DNA of 62,879 nucleotides from Halocafeteria seosinensis. Taxonomy: Eukaryota. Under the pieces are notes generated by a model, which did no database searches, was not told the origin of the DNA, and worked only from the letters and a program-made list of their open reading frames with translations. Each line of letters begins with the position of its first letter. Position 1 is the stretch's first letter. Below, piece after piece: positions 37,406 through 50,269 of this stretch. The stretch lies in assembly GCA_001687465.1 (NCBI GenBank), contig LVLI01000152.1:1-62879 (forward strand), read 5' to 3'. The translations under genes were made by a program, and so were the position numbers.

Positions 37406-39799
37406 TCAAGCGTCTGTCGAAGAACTACCGCGGTTGCCGAGTAATTGGTCTTCGTCTTCGTGGCTGCCCCATTCATCACTAAAGGATGTCGATTCTTCGC
37501 CCTCGCGTTCCCTGAGCACTTCTGCAATCTTGTCATGTCTCTCAGCAAGAAGTTCTTCAAATTCTTTTTTGGGAAGATCAAATGGATGGACTTGACCGAC
37601 TTCCTGCTGCATGATGCGATCCTCTCGCAATTGCTCAATGGCTTGGGCAGCTTTAATCTGTGGACGGGGTTTCTTCCAGTTCACACAGGCAAAGTACACT
37701 ATCGGAGCAAGTGAGGAGAAGCTGATAAAGTAGCCAGCGATGGTGATCCAGGTCAAGCCCTCGCAGTCACCAGTTTGGCGTACCCCAGCCAGGCAACCAA
37801 TGTTTTCATAAGACCCCTTAGGGTATTCCACAAGGATACCCAAGATGATGATCACAAACAGTAGAGGGCAAACTGTAATCCAAGAAATTGTTACCCACTT
37901 TGGAATTTTCTTTCCTGTCATCTGTTCGCATTGAGTCACAAATTTCTTCCTGCCATAAATGCCAAGGACCCCATAGAGCTCTAACAAGACAACAATGACG
38001 AGCGAGACAGCTGCCGCAAAGTTGTCAAAGATATTCACAAGGTAGAATCCGACATCTGTGACGAAAAAGATGCCAAAAACAAACATTACCGCACAAATCA
38101 AGAAAGAAACCTGGGCGGGAGAGAAGCGCTTCGTCAGCCACTCCATCGACTTGGACTGAAGGATTCCGTTTCTGACCGTCATCACCATTGCAGCTTCTGA
38201 GCCAATGCCCAGAGTACCCAACATCAGGAAAAACAAGAATGCAAACAATTGTTCCACCGGGAACTCTACCAGCAATTCAGGCAGAGCTACGAAAGCTAAT
38301 CCGGAACCGGAGGCTGCTACTTCACTGACTTCCTGTCCTTTCTTCTTGGCGATGAATCCTATGGCCGAAAACACAGTTATGCCAGCCAGCAAACTTGTGA
38401 ATGCATTTACGCCGGTAATTACATACGCATCTCGCACAAAATCGTGCTTCCGGTCATTGAAGCTGGAGAACGCCACAAGAGCTCCCCAGCCAATGCCAAG
38501 ACTGTAAAACATTTGCGTTGCCGCAGAGATCCATACACCGAAATCTGCCAATTGGGAGAAATCAGGTGTGAAGAAATGTTTAACACCTTCCGCGGCATTT
38601 TCCAAAGTAGATGCCCGAATGAGCAAAATGAAGAGCACGGTGTACGGGAACAAAGCTGTAAAATAAGATGTCTTGCCGGAACTTTGGGCGCCTCTGAAGA
38701 TAATGATAAATACAAGGACCCATGCCACTATAAGGGTTCCAAACATTGGCCAATTCATAGACTCCATATTGTTGACTGTTTCACTGACGCCGATCGCTTC
38801 CTCGAACCAGTACCTCTCTGTATCTCCATTGTACGGCAAGGAAGAGCGAAAGGACTGGAAGAGATAAAACAATGCCCATCCGACAATCACATTGTAATAC
38901 ACCGAGACGACAGCGGCGACGATGATGGACGCGATACCAATGCCGGCTAACCGCGGAGATATTGTCGCCCAAACTCGGAGTGGACCAAACTGAAAGAGTT
39001 GTCCTACCCCTAGCTCCATCACGAACATTGGCATCCCCAAGAAAAACAAAAAGATGAAGTACGGGATTAGAAATGCCCCTCCACCATTGGCATACGCCAA
39101 GTAGGGAAAACGCCAAACGTTTCCGAGACCGACCGCATAGCTAACTAAAGCAAACACAAATTCGATGGCGTTTCCCCATCTCTGTTCCCGCGAAGGATGC
39201 GCTTCCTGTGTGAATTCCAGGGAGTCATCTTCCGCGGAATGCCGTGAAGCTGGATAGAAGACACTTTAGGGATAGAAGAGACGATAAGCACTATTGTGTA
39301 ACTGCGCAAACTTACGCGGTTTTTCATCAATTGGTTTGCCATCCAGTTGTGGCTTTGCGCTCTCAGTCAACTTCAGCACGGTTTCAACATCCTCCAAAGG
39401 ATCTTCCCGGGCACGCTCAACTAGCAGATTTTCAACAGCATCCTGGGCCTGACTGGCTTCATCTGAGTCGATGCCATACGCTTGTAGTTTCTGCTTGGTG
39501 ATCTGTGGCAGGTCTATTCCACGAAAGCGATGATCTGCCAACTCAGAGGCTACGGTATCTGGGACCGAATTCTGCTCCTCAGCCCATTCAAGGACGTCTC
39601 GGGTATCCCACCGCGATAAAGGCTTTTCTTTGAATGAGCGGCCAATCCAATCATTGCGTTCGTATGGTCCTCTGAGCTTTTTATTCTCCTCGTTTTCTCC
39701 TTCTAAGGGCGTGATTTCAATGCCTTTGGTATCATCCTCATACTCCTCCCTTTCCTTTGCGTAATGCACATTGCGTTTCTTCTTGGTGTTGTGTTGCAT
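37406..39799 (-). CDS. SLC6/SNF sodium:neurotransmitter/amino-acid symporter with N-terminal SAM-like domain
   Basis: AVGLGNVWRFPYLAYANGGGAFLIPY, QMFYSLG and SGSGLAF with about 12 TM segments; upstream exon 39799-39316 (WDTRDVLEWA...FRGIDLPQITKQKLQAYGI) joins in frame via a GTAAGT...TCCAG intron. Confidence 0.92.
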
Positions 39800-40728
39800 C
39801 ACCTAGTAGGTATGGGATGTGCTTACTGCTGTATGGGGACAAGGGTTTGGCGAAGAACAAACTTGAACCCTCCGTGAACAGTCGAATTGTACAACCATGT
39901 CACAAAAACAAAAAACAAAAAAACCTTGTATCCCGTTCGGCAATAGTGGTAGGAAGGATAATTGTAAATAATACAATGCATCCAAACATTACCCTGTATC
40001 AATTACACTCCCACGTCACTTGTTGGTTTTGGAGTTGTAACCGTGAAGGTTGCTGTGACCTGCTTACGATCTTCAACGAAGGGAACCTAAATTTGGATAA
40101 AAAGTTCATTATGGCATGTAATGGTGCACTGACAGTCGTGGAAAGAAGGAAACTAATGGCCCCGACGCTTGGGAGTGACTACAAATAAACTCCGGTCTAC
40201 TCCGGTCCTCGATATTGTACATATGCTTACAATGGACTCACCCCACAAATAACAGACTTGTATTAATGCCAGCAGTTCCCTCATTTTGGATCAGGTGCAA
40301 TAGACTGTTTGCTGTCAGGCGACTTCAGTACGTACACGTAGTTCCTGGATGGCTTCCAGTTCACTCAGGCATTTTCCGCAGGGAAGTGGAAGTGTACTGA
40401 GCAATGCGCAGACAATAACGACAGCTGACAAATCAAGGAAGTAAACTAATTCACCCCCTCTTTTGTCCCATGAGCCTCCCATGTAGCATGTTGAGTGCTT
40501 GCACAAATGTATCAGGGGATCAGATGTACATGTGTCACATGATGTGTGTCATTGCGCAAGCAATGACAGCCCGCCCCTAGCGCGGTGTGGGTGGCTGGTG
40601 AGCGGCTAAATTGATTTTTACCCTTGCCGTGGTATTGTTGACCAGTATGTACATCAACTGCTGCTAGATACTGGATTAGAGCGTAATATAGATCATTGCA
40701 TCACTTGATTCCCTTTTGAGACATTAAC

Positions 40729-42660
40729 ATGGCGGCGACAGAAAGCTATGAACCTTCAACTCAGGTGCAGTGGCTCCATGAACGAACCCGCTATACGACG
40801 TAAGCCCCTCTTAATAGCCCCCATAGTGCAGTGTCTCCCTTTAACTGTGCATGTATAGCTTGCAGGAGTTTCGGAGCGGCTCCCCAGGAATTTCCTGATT
40901 CATTTGGAGGCAGCGATTCGAATGACTGGGGTAAGTTGAAGCTGATCCGGGCACACACTCGTTGGTTTCTCTAACTTTCGGTGCTTTTGTCCGCGTTTCC
41001 TGCGGTGCAGTTATAGGATGTGTGATGTGGACGGGGATATTTGCATTCATTGGTTTGCTCTTCACGTACGTCTCGCTCATGGTGTACACATGACAAACAC
41101 TGTCTTCCATGGGGTTTCACCAAATCTAGCCTTTTTTTATTCACTCTATGCAGCCTTATTTTGATGATTGGATATTGCCTCACTCCGTGCTGCTGTTCCT
41201 CCAAAAAGCGAGACATGACAGAGCTGAAAAATAATCCTTCGAACCCCAAACCGTACAACAAGAGGTTTTTCATTATAACCCTCGGGTTATCAGCACTTTT
41301 CTTCATTTTCGCTTTGGCCACATTTGCTCCCATCTCCTCTTTTGACGATGGATTTAATCGGGCCCTTGATGGAATAGAAAGTGCACAAACAACCCTGCAA
41401 GAAATAACCGACGTGGGTGGTAAACTGGTGGACCTTCTCGGTGGGGCGGCCGATACTACGGACGAACTTGCTGACGATGTCAATAGCAACGGTCCCATGG
41501 AAGACGCATTAAGAGACTTTGCCAGCGCAGTAAGGGATACGCAATCTACTGCTAGTAGTGCCATTGGTACTGCCCAGGATCTTGTTGACAGCATTGGTGA
41601 TGTTGTCCAAGATGGGAGAGACTCTTCAGATAAGTACGGGGAAACAATAGCATTCGCGTATGCCGGCCTGATGTGTTCGAGCGCAATCATTCTGATGATA
41701 ACTCTTATTCCTAAATCTATTTGCACATGCCCTCACAAGTTCATTGGAGTCCCTGTCAATCTCATGTTCTTGCTTCTCCTCTGTAAGTGAAAAGAAAAGC
41801 ATCCCCAGTGGGAGCAATTTGTTCCATTTTGTATTGCATACGCAGGGATGTTCACGGGAATTTGGCTCACGCTGGGCATGATGTCGGCGGATTTCTGCGT
41901 TGCACCGAATCAAAACACGATCGACCTCTTTGGTTCGGGATCCAGTGGGAATAGCGTTCGCTATTACTTAAGTTGTGATCCCGACAAGAAGGAAGTAGTT
42001 ACACCTGATGATGGTAGGTTCGCTGTATCAGCTTTCACATGTTTGAGAAGATGGCAGTGTATTGATGGACTCGATCGTGCAGGATTGAGATACGAAATTC
42101 AGCAAACATTGGAGAAGACTGAAACGTTGATCATAGACACGTACGGGGAGGCAGTACGGGAGGTAGAGGGTCACAACAACGGAAACAATAATCAGGTAGT
42201 TGAAGATTTCAAAAAACTAAATGAGACCTTTTTCCAACCTGCGTTGGTTCAAGTAAGAAAGCTGGATGAAATCGCAAGTTGCAAGAGTATACGTCGGACC
42301 TGGGATATCTTCATCGTAAGTAACAACAGCTTGCCCCTAGCTGTTCCTTCCGATACTAATCTTCTATGTATTTGCAAATGCAGCAAGCCTTCTGTCGGGA
42401 CTTCATCAGCGATGGAATAATCGTGAGTGCTGCTGGCAATGGATATGACATCGTCCAACAAATATATACTCTTTTGCTTGCGCTTCCAGGTTCTTTTTGG
42501 ATTGCAAACCTTCATGGCAGTACTCCTCTTCCTGATAATGTTGTTCAACTGGAGCTTTTGTTTGAGGCACCCAGGAAGGTCTCCAAAACATTTGCAAGAC
42601 ACCAATGATTGGGGCGCAGACAAGATGGCCACTGTGGTGAACCCAACTAGGACAGCGTAA
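40729..42660 (+). CDS. Tweety-like protein, copy 6
   Basis: MAATESYEPSTQVQWLHERTRYT; SADFC, YYLSC, ASC, QAFC and FNWSFCLRHP. Confidence 0.88.
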
Positions 42661-42824
42661 CCTGTCTCCCATGAGCATATGCTAACAATATCTACGCAGT
42701 AGTATATGTTTTGTGTTCTACATAGTCATGCCACTAACCACTGTCTCCCAGTGAAGCTCAACTAAAGCCGCGACCATGAGGGGACTTGATCTCTCCCCTA
42801 TGTTATGGTTGCAAATAGCGAGTG

Positions 42825-42875
42825 TCCTGTGAGGAATCCGGGGTGGGCTATCTGTCACATATATGTGTGTCTGTG
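42825..42875 (-). repeat. Dispersed element-end motif TGTGACAGATAGCCCACC next to a CA-rich tract
   Basis: Reverse complement reads CAGACACACATATA|TGTGACAGATAGCCCACCCCGGATTCCTC, matching the copies at 50300 and 62747. Confidence 0.65.
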
Positions 42876-43305
42876 GAATCCTTGGTTGTAATTTCTGTTC
42901 GGTTGCATTGTTTGCCAATTCTGCTTCGGCGGATTTTCCGCTCTGCCGCTTAAATCCCAAGTCTATGTGTCACTACTACATATACGAAGGATACCCTCGT
43001 AGTATCAGTCCATCACTCGAGCCATGGAATTGATTTGACATGCTTTGCTACTGAACCGAAAAAACTCGGAGACTCGGCCCGGAGTTGCGGTCGGTTCGGT
43101 AATTACGGGGTCGGTGGAAGACTTGCACTGAAAGTTCGGTCGCACCGAGCCTCCCGCCCGACGGGTACGTGAACCGACGGTCGCTAAGTGTTGCCTAGCT
43201 TGTTTAGCACTGTTCTACCGTATCGACAGTGCCACAACAGTAGCGAAAAGTGTATTATGGATAACTGCATTCATTGAGAGCTGTTGAGTTCAGCATAGAC
43301 ACGAA

Positions 43306-45260
43306 ATGTCCGCGACAGAGAGCTATGAGCCTTCCACGCAGGTGGAGTGGCTCCACGGACGCTCCCGCTATACGTTGTAAGCTGCACTTCCAGAGCCCGA
43401 TAGGTCCATATTCCCACGGTACTTTAAACGCATACATTGCAGGAGTTTTGGACCGGCCCCGCAGGAATTCCCCGATTCATTCGGAGGAAGTGAATCCACT
43501 GATTGGGGTAAGTTTGGCGCGGTTGTTGAACTTACTCGTGTTGGTTACTGCCATTTCCCACTTTCGGCTTTTCTCGCCTGTGTCTCTTCTGCAATACAGT
43601 GATAGGATGTGTTATGTGGACGGGAATATTCGCAGTCATCGGGATCGTATTCACGTAAGTCTAGAGGGGGTTGAAGTTCATTCTCCACGCCGTCCCGGTG
43701 AGGGAACCTTCCAAACGCTCACTACCGATTGCGCGTCATTCTATTTGGCTCAACAGTGTCATATTAATACTGGGGTATTGTTTCACATGGTGCTGCTGCT
43801 CTTCCAAAAAACGAGACGGGGCAGAGCAGAAGAGGAATCCTTCCAACCCAAAGCCGTACAACAAACGATTCTTCATCATCACTCTTCTCCTCTCAGGGGT
43901 CTTCTTCGTCTTCGCTTTGGCTACGTTTGCCCCAATCTCCTCGTTCGACGATGGGTTTAATCGGGCTCTGGATGGAATAGAGAGTGCACAGTCAACTCTT
44001 CAAGACATAACCGAAGTTGGTGGAAAACTCGCCGATCTCCTAGGTGGAGCTGCTAATGCAACGGACGCGCTAGCTGACGACGTCGACGGCAGCCAAGATT
44101 TGGAAGACGAATTGAGGAACTTTGCCGACTCAGTTCGGGATACGCAATCTACTGCTGAGAATGCTGTTAGTACTGCCCGTGACATTGTTGACAGTATTGA
44201 CGGTGTGGTCCAAGATGGAAGGGACTATTCAGATCAGTACGGGCAAACAATAGCTTTCGCATATGCTGGCCTCATGTGTTCGAGTGCAATCATTTTGATG
44301 ATAACGTTAATTCCGAAAGCGATTTGCACTTGTCCTCACAAAGCAATTGGAGTCCCGGTCAACCTCATGTTCTTACTTCTCCTCTGTAAGTCGAGCGGAG
44401 TCTTGCACGGTAGAACATGGATTCCAGGATCAGCTTGTTAGTGCTGTATTGCATGTACAGGGATTTTCACGGGAATTTGGCTCACATTGGGCATGATGTC
44501 GGCTGATTTCTGTGTTGCCCCGAATCAAAACACCATCGACCTCTTCGGTTCCGGCTCAAGTGGGAATAGCGTTCGCTATTACTTAAGCTGCGATCCCAAC
44601 AAAGAGGAAGAAGTCACTCCTGGCGATGGTAGGTTCCCTATTTGCTTGCACATACATGAAGAGGGGACAGTAACCGTGACGGGCTCGCACTTGCAGGCTT
44701 AAGATACGAAATTCAGCAAACAGTGAAGAAGACTGAAACGCTAATCATAGACACGTATGGACAGGCCGTTGAAAAAGTAGAACAGGCCAATGAAGACTCA
44801 GGTGGAAACAACGACGATGTTGTTAACGGTTTTAGGAAACTGAATGAGACCTTTTTTGAACCTGCATTGGTTCAAGTGCGAAGGCTGGATGAAATCGCAA
44901 GTTGCAAGAGTATCCGTCGAACCTGGGATATTTTCGTGGTAAGTCTCAGTAGTCTCGGTCTCTGAGGTCTGAAAGAGCATTTACGGTCTTCTTGCCTCCT
45001 CTACAATGACAGCAAGCATTCTGCCGCGACTTCATCAGCAACGGAATCATTGTAAGTACCGTATCTGCGTGACGTGAGTGTCCAGTGTTGTCAGACGTGC
45101 ATCGGTGCCATTCTTTCAGGTTCTGTTTGGGTTGCAAACATTCATGGGAGTGATGCTCTTTCTCATTATGCTGTTCAACTGGAGCTTTTGTTTGCGACAC
45201 CCTGGAAGGTCACGAAAGCGTGTTCAAGACTTTGAGGGAGCGCAACCGACTGGCTCTTGA
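43306..45260 (+). CDS. Tweety-like protein, copy 7 (closest paralog of copy 6)
   Basis: MSATESYEPSTQVEWLHGRSRYT; long stretches of protein identical to copy 6 but with diverged introns. Confidence 0.88.
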
Positions 45261-45840
45261 TGGGTTATGTTTTCACCTTTTGTGCTCTGATGAAATATTA
45301 CTTAATCGCCGAAATATACTGCTGATGCATCGACAGCTCATCTGATACCGCAAGAAGAAATTTGGTTTCGAACAAACTCCTGCTAACGGGACAGTCGTGA
45401 TCAGGTAGAGTTCATCCAGTTGTTTCCCAGCTTGCAGTGGTTATTGAAATCCTTCCTGTGGATATATTTGTAGCCAGTAGCAAATAACCACATGTCTCTC
45501 TACAATTCTGTGGGGGTCGAAATTCGTCCTGATTCCAGTATGCACTTCTCTCCCGACAAGCATTGAAGGGGGACGAAGCAGGCCCCTATCTTCCAGTAAT
45601 CATATTCATCGAAAACACTTCATGCTCCTGTGATCCTTCACCATGTAACCCGTATGAGGCAGCCATTGAGGCTTATCCTCTGAACTTCACAACACCGCCC
45701 TCACAATGCTTCACACGGTGGAGAAAAGGGGATACAGAGGAGGGTGTTGCATAGAGCCCTTTGCCCAGGCCCTCTTGTCGATTCATGGTCCTAAATCAAC
45801 ATTACTGGGCTTTTGTCCTCCTCGTGGAAAGCTACAGAAA

Positions 45841-48119
45841 ATGAGCAAATTTTCTGTCTCGTCCTCCAGGTCGCCTTTGGTGAGCTTGATGGGGATCCTG
45901 TATATTATAGGACTGCTCCATACAGGGGTTTTAGCAACCCATAACCACACTTCACACAGTGTGCGCGTGCATGCACAGCACAAGGATACGATTACGGAGG
46001 AGTACAGCCCATCACGGGGCGTCAGATGGCTCCATGAACGGGATCGCTGGAGTTTCTGGGGACTGAAACCACGTCCAGATGCTGCGCATTTCCCAACGGA
46101 CCTTAAAGGCAACGAAGAGCAGCGCGATAGATGGCGTACGTTTCTCAGATATTACTCACTTGTGTCCCCTCATGTATGATCTGGATGGTTGTTCCTGCAG
46201 TAATCGGATGCGGTAATTGGGGACTGATCTTCGTAGGTATGTCGCAATCACGATAGTACTTTCGGCACACTCAAGTCAATTGATACTTTAGGGTGTGGAT
46301 GCATCAAGCAGGAATTGGAAGCGTGCTCACAGCTTTCGTTAGTGGCGTGTAAGTAAACTTTATAGAATGCAGCCCCGGCAATTAACCTTAGGAATCTGTT
46401 TTGTGGTTCTTACCCCGTTTTGTCCAGATATATATGCTATCTGATATGTTCGACAAGACCGACACCACAGAAGCGAGCCTGTGTCGATAGTTCGGATTTC
46501 GAGAACAGGTTTTATCCCCCGAAAATCCCTAATCGGAGTAGGAGGAGGTCAGTTTCAACAGACGATGAAGTGGAGGATACTTATCTCGCGTCTCCCGTTC
46601 ATAGCTGTGAGGACGCATTGCATAAAGCGGCTGGTTTCTTTGCATTCTTTTTTTTGGTCTGCATTTTGCTCACTACTGTTCCGATTCACTTTTTTGACAC
46701 TGGGTTCCACGGGGGACTTGATGCCTTGAGAGATGGACGAGACTCCCTCCAAGAGAGCACAAAGCTCGATAACGAGAGCCACGCCCATGTTTCCAACATT
46801 GGCGGAATATCTGCGGTATTGGCAAATCGAATCGCAAACCAAAATCAAACCATTGCAGAGGCGCTGACTAATTTATCCGAGCTGGCTAATTTTACAGCAA
46901 TTGGAGTGGCAGATACGGTTAACTCCTCAGCGGACATCTCTGACCGAGTCAACACTGTGATAATCAATGGGCAAGGCGTGCTAGATCACTACTCCCATAC
47001 TATTACAGGAACATACTGGGCGTTTCTAGGATTAACAATGCTATTTTTCCTTGCTTCTCTTTGCCCAAAACCGTTATGCTCGTGCTGTTTCAAGTTTGTA
47101 TCAGTGCCACTTAACATCTGTCACGGACTGTGCCTATGGTCGCTGACAGGCGCGGTTTTGTTCATCGGAATAATGGCCTCTGACTTTTGTATGAAACCGG
47201 ATCACCACACCCTTGAAGTTTTCCAATCCTTTGCGGGGCAGGGAAAGAACACAACCAATTCGGTGCAGTTTTATTTGTCCTGCAAGAATAACTCGCAAAG
47301 GATATATCCGGATGATGGTAAGTATGATTGGAAACCACATCCTGTATTCCCTTTGAGTTAGCCCGTGTCGCTGCGCAGGTATACTTTACCAGCTGTCACT
47401 GGTAGGAGATCACCTAGGCAGCATTTCCCAAAGGCTTGGACACGTACATGACATGCTTGAGAACTCTACAATAAAAGAGGAAGACTGGAAAGATGAGTTT
47501 AAGAACATGAAGTCCAACGTAACGTCATCACAAAACAATACAGAAAAGGCTGCGAAGCTTCTTAGTTGCGAAAGTATCAACACGCACTGGGGCAAATTTT
47601 CGGTAAGCAGGCTACGTCAGAGCAAATACGAGGTTTTTTTTTTCTTTCTTTTTTTCTTTATTTAGTCCTATGTCGTGTACCTACTGCAGCGCAACGTGTG
47701 CAAGAACTTAATTTCTGATGGCGTAATTCCCGTTTTCGGTTTACAAACCATAATGGGAGTGCTGTGGGTAGGTTGATAGCTTGAAGCAAAATGGTTTGGT
47801 TGGAAGAACCCCCACAATCCTTGATCATACTTCTCAGGTATTTGTTCTGGTGTTAAGTGCCCGCTTTTGTCGACGACATCCGGGCGGAGTAGATCCATGG
47901 AAATCGTTTGAGGACTTCCTGGAAGACTCGTATCATAAGGCCAAGATATGGAGAGACTGGCTAAAAGACAAATACAGGAGCTATGTCAAAAGCGATCAAG
48001 GTTGCTGTGCCTGCTTTAAGGCATCCAGGCGAAAGAGAAACGGGACGATGGAGTGTACCCAAATTTCGTCACAAACACCGCAGAGGGAACCCCTCCTCCC
48101 GGAAGCTGCTCATGATTAA
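45841..48119 (+). CDS. Tweety-like protein, copy 8 (N-terminal hydrophobic extension, sequon-rich)
   Basis: MSKF...LMGILYIIGLLHTGVLA then EEYSPSRGVRWLHERDRW; two micro-exons encode TM1; ASDFC, FYLSC, LSC, RNVC and FCRRHPG. Confidence 0.82.
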
Positions 48120-48220
48120 CTATAGAGAGAAACTTGTCTGTAGGTGAAAAATCCGGTAATTAGTTGTTCAATGTTTGTTGTATAAAAATGAATGTACTTT
48201 GGAGTTTCAAGTTAGCCGTT

Positions 48221-48244
48221 TCTCTCTCTCTCTCTCTCTCTCTC
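48221..48244. repeat. (TC)12 microsatellite
   Basis: Read directly from the sequence. Confidence 0.95.
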
Positions 48245-48491
48245 TTCGACGTTGGGTTGTGGGCGAAGACACTTCCCCAAGAGACTTCTTCACCGCTTGG
48301 CGTTGAAGTTAAAGAAATTGCTTCCCGACATTGCCTGAGGCTCTGGAAGCCATGTATGACACAGCGCATTAGGGTTGTTATGGTTGCTTTTTATTATGGG
48401 ATAGTATGTGCTTTCTGTATTGGGTATTATTGGCGCCACTGGAAAGCAGTGATATCGTAGCTGCGACCTCGGTGGGCGGGTATTATGGGAA

Positions 48492-50233
48492 ATGAGGAAG
48501 ATTACGGAGGACTATACGCCTTCCGGCAAAGTCAATTGGCTGCACAACCGCCACCGGTGGGATTTTCATTTCGATTCTGCGCCGAATTCATTCCCGGCTT
48601 TGTCTGGAGACGATGAAAACAGGAATAAATGGAGTACGTCGAAGTTGTCTCGCTTCCATTTCACCTTGGGATGTCGCTAACACCATATCGTCATTCCTCT
48701 GTGTTACGCAGTCGAAGGATGTATCATGAATGGGCTCATCTACGTCTTCATCGGAGCCGGAATCGTCGCTCTCTTGATGGTTGGATACTGTGCAGCGTGC
48801 TGCTGTTGCAAACCCCGGCGAGCGTCAGGCAGCCCGGAAGACATGGACTGGTTGCTGGTGGGGGAACGCCGTAAAGTGTACAACAAGACAAGGATAATTA
48901 TTCTGGTCTTGCTCTCATTTGGATTCTTTGTGGTTGCGGCATCCACATTTGCGCCTGTTCGAAGCTTTGATACGGCGTTTAACCATGGCCTAGATGCCAT
49001 AGAAACAACCCAAGATCTCTTCAAAAGGGTGGATACTTTACTAGGTAGAACAGCGAATCTCTTAGATGGTCCTATTCAAACCACCGCAAAGGTGAACAAG
49101 GAGATGGATGAAAAACATGGCGCTGTAAAGGATTTGTTAGGGGCACTCAAGACGGCGCAACAAGGAACCAGGAATTCTCAGGATTCAGTCCAAGACCTCG
49201 TTGAGAATACTGGGAATGTCGTCGATGATGGAAGGCATGCCTCAGATACGTATGGAAAGCCTATTGCGTATACCTATGCGACGCTTATGTGTCTGAGTGT
49301 CATAGTCCTCCTCTCGACCATGATTCCGTGGAGGATCTGCTCATGCGCCTACAAATCTATCGGGGTACCCAGTAATCTCCTGTTTCTGCTCGTCCTGTGG
49401 ATTGGAACGGGGCTCATTCTAATAATCGGTTTGATATTCGCCGACTACTGTACAGCACCTAATGGTAACATTTGGAAGAGCGTCGAGGCATCTTCGTTGA
49501 AATCGGAGTCCTCCAATTCGATTTACTACTACCTCAGTTGCAACCCCGATAATCCCAACCAGAATCTAACTGAGAAAGATGGAGTAGTTTACACACTGAA
49601 TCAAACAAAGCAAACTTTGAAAACGAACGTCATAGATAAGTTCAACAACGTCAACCAAGACGTCCAGGATTCAAGTATAAATAAAGAGACCAAGGAAAAT
49701 TTCAATAACAGCAAGAGAGAAATCGATAAGTCGTTCAGCATCCTTAGTGAGGCGTTTTCGCTCGTGAACTGCACAAATGTTCGCAAGCCATGGGGACAAG
49801 TCATAGTAAGTCCAAATCGCCTTGTCGTTTACAGGATGTGTCCACAGCGATTATGCTCCACGGTGAACTTGCACGTGTCGTGTTTGAACAGAATGCAGTA
49901 TGTGGAGATTTCATCAGTAGCGGTGTCATTGTGTAAGTATACACTGTATCTCGGGACTGTTCCATGAATCAGGATCCATACAGTATGTACTTCCGTTCAT
50001 GCAGTTTACTCGGAATTCAGTCAACTATGGGCTTGTGGCTTGCCGTCATTTTGGTGTTTGGCTGGACTGTCTGCGTTCAACACCCAGGGCAAGCAACCTC
50101 GCATTCTTCTGCAACTGAGAAGCCCTTATATTTTGAAGGCGATCATCATCCTGCTCAAGTTGGGGATTATTCTTACCCGCCTAGTAACACACATCCCCAA
50201 TGGAAGGCCATAGAGTTACCCAGTAGTGGTTAA
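48492..50233 (+). CDS. Tweety-like protein, copy 9 (intron-poor)
   Basis: MRKITEDYTPSGKVNWLHNRHRW; CAACCCCKP; FADYC, YYLSC, VNC, NAVC and FGWTVCVQHP. Confidence 0.86.
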
Positions 50234-50269
50234 CCCAAAAATACAACTTGGAACTACTGTACATATTCT

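Noticed and set aside
38205..39116. Numerous 60-230 aa ORFs antisense or out of frame to real genes (here and throughout the window)
   Set aside because: They are shadow ORFs without motifs, explained by the codon structure of the true genes.
40547..40581. Helitron 3' end (hairpin plus CTAG)
   Set aside because: CTAG is followed by C rather than T, and no 5' TC end, second copy or Rep/helicase remnant is visible.
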